Shown here piece by piece: positions 9,747 to 17,880 of a stretch of 58,590 nucleotides of DNA. Positions within the stretch are counted from its first letter, which is position 1; every line of letters begins with the position of its first letter. The position numbers and the translations under genes are program-made. Origin of the DNA: an uncultured Candidatus Saccharibacteria bacterium (GTDB lineage: Bacteria > Patescibacteriota > Minisyncoccia > Phycocordibacterales > PALSA-1337); the NCBI GenBank assembly GCA_964629235.1, contig CAZVQB010000003.1, positions 1 through 58,590 on the forward strand, written 5' to 3'. The notes under the pieces are model-generated. The model worked only from the letters and a program-made list of their open reading frames with translations. It ran no database searches and was not told the origin of the DNA.

Positions 9747-10172
9747 ATGAAAAAAATAATTATTTTGTTGTTAGTATTATTACCAAGCGTATCATTTGCT
9801 CAAGCATTGAGAGATATAAACAGCGTTGCTCAGAAAGCGACAAACATAGGTGATTTGATAATTAAACTTACGATTTCACTAGCAATAATCTGGATTATTG
9901 TTAGTGTTGTGAGATATCTTATTCTTGGTGCAGCAGATGAAGAAGCTCGAAAGAAAGGTGGACAATCAATCTTATTCGGAGTTATAGGACTTTTTGTTAT
10001 CTTATCTATTTGGGGTCTAGTGTCTCTACTAACGAATTCATTTAGGTTTGTAAACAATTCTAGACCTAGTTTTGACAATGTTCGCTTAGATGGAGGAACA
10101 TTACCTGGACCAAGAGGTGTAGATGGTGGGACATTGGTTCCTGGTGTAAATGGTGACTATACGACTCCTTAG
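9747..10172 (+). CDS. VirB2/TrbC-like small membrane protein, paralog 4
   Basis: Signal peptide ..VSFAQ, AQKATNIGDLIIK, two TM helices separated by GAADEEARKKGGQ, Gly/Pro-rich tail (DGGTL x2). Confidence 0.6.
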   Translation: MKKIIILLLVLLPSVSFAQALRDINSVAQKATNIGDLIIKLTISLAIIWIIVSVVRYLILGAADEEARKKGGQSILFGVIGLFVILSIWGLVSLLTNSFRFVNNSRPSFDNVRLDGGTLPGPRGVDGGTLVPGVNGDYTTP

Positions 10173-10209
10173 CATATCCACATACCTATTTGTGGATAAG
10201 ATGTATTGT

Positions 10210-10218
10210 TGTTATAAT
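10210..10218 (+). promoter_or_regulatory. internal extended -10 TGtTATAAT ahead of paralog 5
   Basis: Read directly. It is preceded by hairpin ATCCACA..TGTGGAT at 10176-10197, which has no T-run. Confidence 0.4.
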
Positions 10219-10251
10219 TCTTACGTTACTATTAATCAATTATTATAATTT

Positions 10252-10623
10252 ATGAAGAAACTTATAGCATTTGTTCTTGCATCTACACCAGTATTTGCAT
10301 TCGCACAAGTACTTACAGATATCGATACAGTCGCACAAAAAGCAACAAATATCGGTGATCTTATTATCAAGATTGCAATTTCACTTGCAGTACTCTGGAT
10401 CATTGTTAGTGTTGTAAAGTATTTGATCCTTGGTGCCGAAGATGAAGAAGCTCGAAAGAAAGGGGGACAATCAATCTTATACGGAGTTATAGGACTTTTC
10501 GTTATCTTATCTATTTGGGGTCTAGTATTCCTACTTACAAATTCATTTAGATTCGGTCAAAATTCGACTCCTAATTCAGTAAATAATATTAAGCTTCCTC
10601 GACCACCATCAGTTCCAAACTAA
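10252..10623 (+). CDS. VirB2/TrbC-like small membrane protein, paralog 5
   Basis: Close paralog of 9747..10172 (same AQKATNIGDLIIK...EEARKKGGQSIL.GVIGLFVILSIWGLV core). Confidence 0.6.
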   Translation: MKKLIAFVLASTPVFAFAQVLTDIDTVAQKATNIGDLIIKIAISLAVLWIIVSVVKYLILGAEDEEARKKGGQSILYGVIGLFVILSIWGLVFLLTNSFRFGQNSTPNSVNNIKLPRPPSVPN

Positions 10624-10624
10624 T

Positions 10625-10939
10625 ATGTTTGATTTAGTAAAGACAGCAAATGCACAATCTGCATCGAAAATAATGTCGAACCCCACAATTAGTGGTTTGA
10701 TATCAAAGATTTCTGAGAATATCATAAATCCTTTGATCGGTGTCGTATTTTTTGGAGCGTTTGTTGTTTTTACTTATGGTATTGTGAAGATGATAGCAAA
10801 TGAAGAGGGAACAGAAGAAAGGACAAATGGTAAAAACAGTATATTGTGGGGAGTTATTGGAATGTTTATTATGTTATCTGCTTTTGGAATAATTAGACTT
10901 ATTTCAAATACACTGGAAGTTCCTGATCCATTCCTTTAA
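10625..10939 (+). CDS. VirB2/TrbC-like small membrane protein, paralog 6 (short or atypical signal region)
   Basis: Two TM helices separated by ANEEGTEERTNGK. N-terminus MFDLVKTANAQ lacks a hydrophobic signal core. Confidence 0.5.
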   Translation: MFDLVKTANAQSASKIMSNPTISGLISKISENIINPLIGVVFFGAFVVFTYGIVKMIANEEGTEERTNGKNSILWGVIGMFIMLSAFGIIRLISNTLEVPDPFL

Positions 10940-10952
10940 TATAATAATATAT

Positions 10953-10988
10953 AAAAAAGAAAGGGACCTTGTGGGTCCCTTTTTGTGT
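10953..10988. terminator. bidirectional terminator ending the pilin-like operon and the convergent module
   Basis: AGGGACC ttgtg GGTCCCT hairpin flanked by an A-run and a T-run. Confidence 0.75.
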
Positions 10989-10989
10989 A

Positions 10990-11436
10990 CTACAATTTTT
11001 TCTTGATAATGTAGTATAGTTGTGCACTCTCCATCGGAGCGTCTTTCGGTAGTGAAAGTTCCACTTTCACCAGCCCATACCTCTGAAGGTTAGGTTTGAA
11101 TCCGAGCTTCGCAATATCTTTGTAAGCCGGGACAACTCCTTTATCTTCATTCGGTAATCCGCGGTTGTAGTAATAGGCATAAGGAGTATTTTCATCCATT
11201 TGACCTATAACTATGTTTGATTGATTCTCGCCATCAAAGATTTGCACCTCTACGGGTGTAATCTTGTTGATGGTGATGATTTGCATCACACCGAACTTGA
11301 TTTGGGTTGTGGAGGAGGTTGAGATTGCTGACCTCGATTCATCCTTCTTTGGTAGTCGGCGGTACGTACCCCAACCAACAAGGACAATAAAAAGAAGTGA
11401 ATAACCAATCCATTTTAGGATATTTTCAATTTTCAC
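10990..11436 (-). CDS. hypothetical membrane-anchored protein (1 TM plus beta-rich domain)
   Basis: 148 aa; overlaps the upstream gene by 4 nt; GC-richer than neighbours. Confidence 0.6.
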   Translation of the reverse strand: MKIENILKWIGYSLLFIVLVGWGTYRRLPKKDESRSAISTSSTTQIKFGVMQIITINKITPVEVQIFDGENQSNIVIGQMDENTPYAYYYNRGLPNEDKGVVPAYKDIAKLGFKPNLQRYGLVKVELSLPKDAPMESAQLYYIIKKKL

Positions 11437-12392
11437 TTGCTTCCTTTACCTTTATTGTTCCCTTTATTTCTAGCTGCAAGCATTGCTGCCATAGAAGGAT
11501 CTATGTTGTTGCCACCGATATCGATGAGTTCAACATCCTTTCCTTCAAGAAGTGCCGCAGCTACATTTGCACTTATCCCTTTGATGGTTAGTTTTTCGAC
11601 AGCGTTAGCGAGTTTATCTGCTCTTGCGCCAACTTCGGCTGCATCCTGACCTGACTTCTCCACCTTAGCGTCTGTAATAAGTGGTGTGTTTGTAAAACGA
11701 CCATAGTGATTTTCTTCATCTGTGATTATTTGATCACCCTTAAACAAGGTTGATAAATATTCTTCAGAAAATTTTGTGATATCATCACAAATCTCTTTTC
11801 CACCACGTTCAGCAAACATTTTCCTTATCCTTGACTCAACATGTGATTTGAAGAAAAAGATTGCAGTCTTCTCTTCCACCATCAAGAATCTTGGAAGATA
11901 TTTAGTCCTTACGGGTGTAAGCGGACATTTGTATGTAACAGTGTAGCGGAAGGAGTCTTTTCCTTGTACACTTATTGTATCACCACAATCAGTCTCCTTA
12001 ACCATATTGATTGGTGGAGCTGCGGGGAATTCCCAAGGTAACTTTGAATTCAAACCGCTAAAGACTGCCCTTTGACCATTTGGAATTCGTAGTGATTTTT
12101 TATCTGCGGTTGGTGTACCTGTTGTTTGATTAACAACACTACTTTCAACCACACTAGAATCTTTCTCAGCTACTTCTTTTTTGAAGTAATCTTGTAAAAC
12201 CACTCCATGATTTGGGTCTACCTGGATCCAAAAATGTTTTCCGATCCAGAAGAAGTAGATAATTATCCACAATACAAGTGAGGTTAGAGTCGTGTATTCG
12301 AAGTTGACTCCTAAGAGGGTCAAAGCTAAGAATACAATTACGAAAGGTAGTATCGATAATACTACCCAAACAGTTCTGTCGGTTTTGCTCAT
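11433..12392 (-). CDS. hypothetical membrane protein, possibly SPFH/band-7-like
   Basis: 319 aa: two N-terminal TM helices, then a pattern loosely like SPFH (VDPNHGVV..., Ala-rich C-terminal helix), Lys/Gly tail. Family assignment is weak. Confidence 0.6.
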   Translation of the reverse strand: MSKTDRTVWVVLSILPFVIVFLALTLLGVNFEYTTLTSLVLWIIIYFFWIGKHFWIQVDPNHGVVLQDYFKKEVAEKDSSVVESSVVNQTTGTPTADKKSLRIPNGQRAVFSGLNSKLPWEFPAAPPINMVKETDCGDTISVQGKDSFRYTVTYKCPLTPVRTKYLPRFLMVEEKTAIFFFKSHVESRIRKMFAERGGKEICDDITKFSEEYLSTLFKGDQIITDEENHYGRFTNTPLITDAKVEKSGQDAAEVGARADKLANAVEKLTIKGISANVAAALLEGKDVELIDIGGNNIDPSMAAMLAARNKGNNKGKGSK

Positions 12393-12468
12393 TTTCTAAT
12401 ATCTGTTGATTGTCAAAGCTTTTCTTCACTCGTACACAGTACGTAGAAGTAAGCAACTATATGTATGT

Positions 12469-12497
12469 ATAATATCACATTTTGTATATAAAGTCAA
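12469..12497 (-). promoter_or_regulatory. sigma70-type promoter TTGACT-17-TGaTATTAT for 11433..12392
   Basis: Minus strand reads ATTTGACTTTATATACAAAATGTGATATTAT. Confidence 0.6.
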
Positions 12498-12552
12498 ATG
12501 ATATTTTATATCTAAATAATACAAAAGTATTCATATTTAAAGCCATGTAATA

Positions 12553-12580
12553 GAAAAGCCCGAACGTATTAGGTTCGGGC
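12553..12580 (-). terminator. terminator of 12595..13428
   Basis: GCCCGAAC..GTTCGGGC 8-bp stem; CTTTTC follows on the minus strand. Confidence 0.65.
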
Positions 12581-12594
12581 TCATGTATTCGAAA

Positions 12595-13428
12595 TCACTC
12601 CTTCGCAGGGGTGAGGGTGAATATCAATTCGATACTCCTGGATGAGGTATTTTTGATCCAAATCGACTCAGAAATTCCATCATCCGAAACGTTAACCGGT
12701 TTCCATATTGGAATCCGTCTAGTTCCTCGGTTCAAGTAGACTTTAAAGTCTTTTTCAGAGCAATAGTATACATAGTCTACTGACCATCCGCTTGGGATGT
12801 AGTATCTAATACCATTACCTTTTGGGGGAATTACTTTTTTGATTGGTTCAGCCCCAATTGGCTTAGTACCAGAAATTATATCTTCAGCTTTATCAGGGCT
12901 TTGTAGAACTCTCTCACTTTCTTGACTGCCATTGCGATCAATGTTGACCGTGACATCACCGTTTCCATTCACAGTGACGAGGCCGACATCAAACTTATTC
13001 GGGTTTTCAACCGTGATTGGGGTGGGCGCGCTTTGCACTACAGTAGCAACACTTGCTGCGCTCGATGTCGGCAAGGAGGTGGAACTTGAAAATGCTTTGT
13101 TGCTAACAATGATATTGATCAATTTCTCGTTTCCTCCCAGAAGTTCGGAAATGTTATTCGAGAGCGACAAGGACTCAATCGCATTAAGTTGCATCTTGAT
13201 TTTAAGCTGGTCCCTTTCTTTTTTCAGTCGATCGATTTCCAATTCGCGATCGATTTCTTTTGAAATAATCGATTTCGAACTTGGCAAGCAAAACCAAATT
13301 CCCAGCCCAATCACAAAGAGTAACACGGCGAGGATTTTGAATTTGTGAGCTTTCAGAAAGGAGTTAATCCTTTCGCGTGTGATAGGATTTGATTCCGTTT
13401 CTTCATCATCTGTATGAGTGGGTATCAT
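12595..13428 (-). CDS. hypothetical single-pass membrane protein with coiled coil and C-terminal beta domain
   Basis: 277 aa: TM at ILAVLLFVIGLGIWFCL, EIDRELEIDRLKKERDQLK coiled coil, Ser-rich linker. Confidence 0.6.
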   Translation of the reverse strand: MIPTHTDDEETESNPITRERINSFLKAHKFKILAVLLFVIGLGIWFCLPSSKSIISKEIDRELEIDRLKKERDQLKIKMQLNAIESLSLSNNISELLGGNEKLINIIVSNKAFSSSTSLPTSSAASVATVVQSAPTPITVENPNKFDVGLVTVNGNGDVTVNIDRNGSQESERVLQSPDKAEDIISGTKPIGAEPIKKVIPPKGNGIRYYIPSGWSVDYVYYCSEKDFKVYLNRGTRRIPIWKPVNVSDDGISESIWIKNTSSRSIELIFTLTPAKE

Positions 13429-13480
13429 ATTTCGAGGTACTTTGGGGTGGTGTTTACTAATTTCTAAAACTACTGCTATG

Positions 13481-13509
13481 TTTATATCATATTAAGATAT
13501 AAAAGTCAA
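13481..13509 (-). promoter_or_regulatory. sigma70-type promoter TTGACT-17-TGaTATAAA for 12595..13428
   Basis: Minus strand reads ATTTGACTTTTATATCTTAATATGATATAAA, near-duplicate architecture of the promoter at 12469..12497. Confidence 0.6.
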
Positions 13510-13591
13510 ATAATATTCGTATATATTAAAGAATGACATAAAAAAACTCAAATAAAGCAAAAAATACATATTTCTGATATTATTCATATAT

Positions 13592-15739
13592 ATGAATGAG
13601 AAATTCCTTAAACCATACAATCATACTGATGTAGAAGGTCGCATCTATGGCGAATGGCTACAAAGTGGTTTTCTTAATCCTGACAATTTACCTAAGGATT
13701 TGACTGACAAAAACGGTAAGCCTTTTACTATTATTATGCCACCTGCAAATGCTAATGGTTCATTGCATGCCGGACACGGTCTTGTTATGACGATACAGGA
13801 CATCATGATTCGTTATAAGAGAATGAAAGGGTATAGATCTCTTTGGTTACCTGGACTTGATCATGCTGGGTTTGAGACACAGGTAGTATATGAAAAGAAA
13901 CTTGAAAAAGAGGGGAGATCTCGTTTTGAAATGGAACCAAAAAAGCTCTATGAAGAGATCATGGCTTTTACTCTAGAAAATTCTACAAATATCAAATCAC
14001 AGATAAAGAGTATGGGAGCTTCTTGTGATTGGGATAGATCAAAATTTACCTTGGATGAAAGTGTAATAAAGACAGTATATTCAACATTCAAGAAACTTTC
14101 TGATGATGATTTGCTATATCGAGGCAAAAAGATTGTGAGTTGGTGTCCAAAACATCAGACCTCATTCTCTGATCTTGAAATAAAGGATGAAGAAAAAGTT
14201 GAACCTTTTTATTATCTAAAATACGGACCTTTTACTATAGGTACATCTAGACCAGAAACAAAGTTTGGAGACAAATATGTTGTGATGCATCCAGATGATA
14301 AAAGATATGAAGCTTATAAACACGGCGATACTTTTGAAGCTGAATGGATAAATGGAAAAGTAAAAGCTACTGTTATTAAGGACAGTGCAATTGATATGGA
14401 ATTCGGTACTGGTGTTATGACTATTACACCATGGCACGATGCTGTGGACTTTGATATTGCAGGAAGACATAATCTGGATAAAGAACAAGTAATAGATGAA
14501 AGAGGAAAGCTTTTACCTATCGCAGGAGAATTTGCAGGTTTAAGTATTAGTAAAGCTCGTCCACTTATAATAGAAAAATTAAGATCAAAAGGACTGGTTG
14601 AAAAAGTTGATGAAAACTATAAACACAATATAAAGACTTGCTATAAGTGTGGAACAACTATCGAACCACAAATAAAGAGTCAGTGGTTTGTACGCATGAA
14701 GCCTTTGGCAGAAAAAGCTCTAGAGAAAATAAAGTCTGGAGAAATAAAATATATTCCTGATCAATATGAAAAGATTTCTACTCATTGGCTTGAAAATATA
14801 ATCGATTGGAATATTTCAAGACAAATAGTTTGGGGAATACCAATACCTGCAAAGATTTGTGATAAATGTGATCTGGGTATTGTTGATTTGGAAGATAAAG
14901 AAAAACAATGCAAGAAGTGTGGGGGTGATTTGAGAAAAGATAATGATACATTTGATACTTGGTTTTCTTCTGGACAATGGCCTTATGCAACACTTGGATA
15001 TCCAGACGGTAAAGATTTTAAAGATTTCTATCCTACAGACGTAATGGAAACTGCTGGAGATATTATATTCTTCTGGGTAAGTAGAATGATAATGCTTGGA
15101 CTTTATATAACTGGAAAAGTACCATTTAAGACTGTATATCTTCATGGAGTAGTTCTAGATGCAAAGGGTAAAAAGATGAGTAAGAGTAAAGGGAATGTTA
15201 TAAACCCTCTTGATTTAACAGCCAAATTTGGCACAGATGCATTTAGAATGGGCATGATAGTGGGAAATACTCCTGGAGCATCATTGTCGCTCTCTGAAGA
15301 CAAAATAAAGGGTTATAAACATTTTGCTAATAAGCTATGGAATATTACTCGTTTCGTATTAACTTCTGTGGAAGGTGAGAAATATGATAAGGATTTCAAG
15401 GATTGGAGTGATTTGGATAAAAAGATGATTGAAGAATTTGATTTGATTATAAAAGATGTTACATCTGATATGGATAACTTTAGATTCTATCTATCTAGTG
15501 AAAAACTATATCATTATAGTTGGCACCGATTTGCTGATGTGATTCTAGAAGAGAGTAAAAAAGTTCTAAAAGAAGGAACAGCACAAGAGATAAAATCAAG
15601 AAAACAATTCTTGCTACATACTCTATCAAAATTATTAAAGACTTTGCATCCATTTATACCTTTTGTGACCGAAGAAATATGGAAAGATATGCCGATGGAG
15701 AATAAAAGAATGTTGATTGTAGAAGATTGGCCTGTTTAG
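13592..15739 (+). CDS. valS: valyl-tRNA synthetase, short form (715 aa)
   Basis: PPANANGSLHAGH (HIGH), WLPGLDHAGFETQ, KMSKSKGN. The usual C-terminal coiled-coil extension appears absent. Confidence 0.9.
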   Translation: MNEKFLKPYNHTDVEGRIYGEWLQSGFLNPDNLPKDLTDKNGKPFTIIMPPANANGSLHAGHGLVMTIQDIMIRYKRMKGYRSLWLPGLDHAGFETQVVYEKKLEKEGRSRFEMEPKKLYEEIMAFTLENSTNIKSQIKSMGASCDWDRSKFTLDESVIKTVYSTFKKLSDDDLLYRGKKIVSWCPKHQTSFSDLEIKDEEKVEPFYYLKYGPFTIGTSRPETKFGDKYVVMHPDDKRYEAYKHGDTFEAEWINGKVKATVIKDSAIDMEFGTGVMTITPWHDAVDFDIAGRHNLDKEQVIDERGKLLPIAGEFAGLSISKARPLIIEKLRSKGLVEKVDENYKHNIKTCYKCGTTIEPQIKSQWFVRMKPLAEKALEKIKSGEIKYIPDQYEKISTHWLENIIDWNISRQIVWGIPIPAKICDKCDLGIVDLEDKEKQCKKCGGDLRKDNDTFDTWFSSGQWPYATLGYPDGKDFKDFYPTDVMETAGDIIFFWVSRMIMLGLYITGKVPFKTVYLHGVVLDAKGKKMSKSKGNVINPLDLTAKFGTDAFRMGMIVGNTPGASLSLSEDKIKGYKHFANKLWNITRFVLTSVEGEKYDKDFKDWSDLDKKMIEEFDLIIKDVTSDMDNFRFYLSSEKLYHYSWHRFADVILEESKKVLKEGTAQEIKSRKQFLLHTLSKLLKTLHPFIPFVTEEIWKDMPMENKRMLIVEDWPV

Positions 15740-15770
15740 ATTGGAATATAAATAAAAAATCTGATAATAA

Positions 15771-15801
15771 AAAAGCGACCGTCCAATAGGGCGGTCGGTT
15801 T
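15771..15801. terminator. bidirectional terminator between valS and the convergent kinase-like gene
   Basis: CGACCGTCC aata GGGCGGTCG 9-bp stem; strong T-run on the minus strand, weaker on the plus strand. Confidence 0.7.
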
Positions 15802-15815
15802 GTGAGTTTCCACTC

Positions 15816-16508
15816 TCAGTTATTCTGCGGTTCGAGTCTCGAAATCTCGACTCTAGCTGGATGGCTCCGGGTATGAAGTCTCCGAAGCCATTTCTTGCGT
15901 ACATGATCGGGCAAAGAAATATGCTCAATTGCTCTTTCAACACGATTCAAAAGAGATTCGGAACGATCAAGGTCGAGTGCGTGTCCGTTGAATACTTTGA
16001 GTCCTGGGACAACCATTTCGTTGTAATCTCTCCACGAAGCTCTCAAGGCTTCAAGTTCTTCATCAGAACGTGACTTGCCGTCTTCCGCCTGGCGAATCGA
16101 GACACATTTCAACAACATATCAAAGTTTTTGACCGTGATATGGAGAACTCTAGTCTCACCAGGGTATCTCTTCCAGAACAAACTTTGTTCCTCACTCCTC
16201 GGACTACCGCCAAGGAGCACGTGTTTGACTGTTCTGTTCCTATTCATCCAATCAATCCATTGTTTGATTGCATCAAGGATCAGGGTATCGTTCCTGATGA
16301 TCTTCCCACTAGCTCGATCTTTCCTGTATTCGGCAAGTCTCCTGCCGATCGGTGTTCCTCTTTCGATGTGAAGGTCGATGATTTCACTTGTATCACCGAA
16401 AATCACAGAATCGCAGCCTGCAATTGTTTGAAGTATGCGAAGCAGTTTGCTTTTACCGCATGCCCTGGGTCCAGTTGCGAGTGTTACGGCCAATCCACCA
16501 ATTACCAT
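15816..16508 (-). CDS. adenylate kinase-like P-loop nucleoside monophosphate kinase
   Basis: Start moved to MVIGGLAV.. (ATG 16508), preceded by AGGAGGA. P-loop TGPRACGKSK, NMP-binding-like IFGDTSEIIDLHIERGTPIG, LLGGSPRSEEQ, LID-like RQAEDGKSRSDEE. GC clearly above local background. Confidence 0.65.
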   Translation of the reverse strand: MVIGGLAVTLATGPRACGKSKLLRILQTIAGCDSVIFGDTSEIIDLHIERGTPIGRRLAEYRKDRASGKIIRNDTLILDAIKQWIDWMNRNRTVKHVLLGGSPRSEEQSLFWKRYPGETRVLHITVKNFDMLLKCVSIRQAEDGKSRSDEELEALRASWRDYNEMVVPGLKVFNGHALDLDRSESLLNRVERAIEHISLPDHVRKKWLRRLHTRSHPARVEISRLEPQNN

Positions 16509-16728
16509 TTTATCCTCCTGTTTTTCCTTTGTTTTTGATCCCTTAAGACTGTATTTCCAATCATTAAAAAACGAAAAGAACAGCCGGGGAATAGTATACA
16601 ATAAAAAAGTATCGATAGCAATTATATTGTGGGATAAGGGTATTTTGGAATAAAAATAAGATTTTTCCACAGAAAAGGAGAATTTTATCCGGATTTTATT
16701 ATTATTTTATTTGAATTTTATTGTGCGT

Positions 16729-16737
16729 TGTTATTCT
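16729..16737 (+). promoter_or_regulatory. extended -10 TGtTATTCT, exactly 6 nt before the ATG at 16744
   Basis: tgttattct-ttttgc-atg read directly; weak hexamer. Confidence 0.35.
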
Positions 16738-16743
16738 TTTTGC

Positions 16744-17880
16744 ATGCAAGAAAAACAATATAAAATAATTGAAAATGAAAAAGTATTGCATGATATAAGG
16801 TCGATAGTTGAGCTTGTCGATTCTATTATTACTTATGCTTACTATAGGAATTCCTCCGATATACATATCGATCCCACAAAGGATAGTATAGTGATTAAAT
16901 TCAGAATCGATGGAATATTAACTTATATAGATAGTTTACAAGATATATCTCACGACGAGCTTATATCAAGAATAAAGGTTTTGTCAGGACTTAGAACGGA
17001 TATACATTTTGTACCACAAGATGGGAGGTTTAGATTTGCTAAAAATATTTGTGATTGCGATATAAGAGTGTCGATAATACCTACTCATCATGGCGAGAAT
17101 GCAGTGATGAGAATATTAAGAAGTGATAGTGATATTCCAAAGCTTGGAGATCTGGGATTCTCAGAGCATGACATCGATAGAATAGTTGGTTGCCTATCAT
17201 ATCACCAAGGAATGGTGCTAGTTACTGGACCAACAGGAACAGGTAAGACATCTACTCTATATACTCTACTCTCTTTATTATCAAATGGAAAGAATTCAAT
17301 AATAACTTTGGAGGATCCGATTGAGTATGCAATCCCAGAAGTAAGACAAATACAGATTCAGACTAGACATGGAATAAATTTCGCCAATGGCTTGAGATCA
17401 ATAGTTAGACAAGATCCAGATATTATAATGGTCGGTGAAATTAGAGATACAGAAACAGCTCAAATAGCTACAAATATCTCTTTAACAGGTCATCTACTAT
17501 TATCTACTCTACATACGAATTCATCTCTCGGTGCGATTTTAAGGCTAGTAGATATGGGTATAGATCCATATTTAGTTGCTTCGACTCTTTCTCTAGTTAT
17601 TGCCCAAAGGCTAGTGAGAAAGATCTGCGGAAAATGCAAAGGGGCTGGTTGCGGGTGCCGAGAATGCGGAGATTTAGGTTTTAGAGGAAGAGTTGTTGTT
17701 TCTGAAACTCTGGTAATTGATGATGAGTTGAGGAAATACATAATGTCTAGAACATCAATGAATGAGATTTCCAGATATGCAAAAAGTAAAGGAATGAGAA
17801 CCATGTATGAGGATGGAATGGAAAAGGTAGAAAAGGGTATTACTACTAAGGATGAAATATTGAGAATACTACATGAATAA
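16744..17880 (+). CDS. pilB: type IV pilus assembly ATPase (GspE/PilB family, short form)
   Basis: Walker A GPTGTGKTS, Asp box IMVGEIRD, His box STLHTN, tetra-Cys CGKC..CRECG. ATG 16744 preferred over TTG 16711. Confidence 0.9.
   Translation: MQEKQYKIIENEKVLHDIRSIVELVDSIITYAYYRNSSDIHIDPTKDSIVIKFRIDGILTYIDSLQDISHDELISRIKVLSGLRTDIHFVPQDGRFRFAKNICDCDIRVSIIPTHHGENAVMRILRSDSDIPKLGDLGFSEHDIDRIVGCLSYHQGMVLVTGPTGTGKTSTLYTLLSLLSNGKNSIITLEDPIEYAIPEVRQIQIQTRHGINFANGLRSIVRQDPDIIMVGEIRDTETAQIATNISLTGHLLLSTLHTNSSLGAILRLVDMGIDPYLVASTLSLVIAQRLVRKICGKCKGAGCGCRECGDLGFRGRVVVSETLVIDDELRKYIMSRTSMNEISRYAKSKGMRTMYEDGMEKVEKGITTKDEILRILHE

Noticed and set aside
9618-10172. Diversity-generating retroelement targeting the variable pilin tails.
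   Set aside because: There is no reverse transcriptase and no template/variable repeat pair with adenine-specific differences in the window.
8431-10939. CRISPR array or non-coding repeat array, as an explanation for the repeated about 400-nt units.
   Set aside because: The units are intact ORFs with signal peptides and TM helices and diverge mostly at synonymous sites. There are no short identical direct repeats separated by unique spacers and no cas genes.
15816-16670. Long N-terminal extensions offered by the ORF track. Affected ORFs: 15816..16670, 16711, 18882, 20836, 30452..31360, 35422, 38754, 39789 and 41449.
   Set aside because: The extensions are hydrophobic or AT-rich junk with TTG or distant starts. 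Internal ATGs align with family N-termini (MVIGG P-loop, FFGTPEYAV, GIDLGTANT, prepilin leader, RRF length) and with the SD or the -10 geometry.
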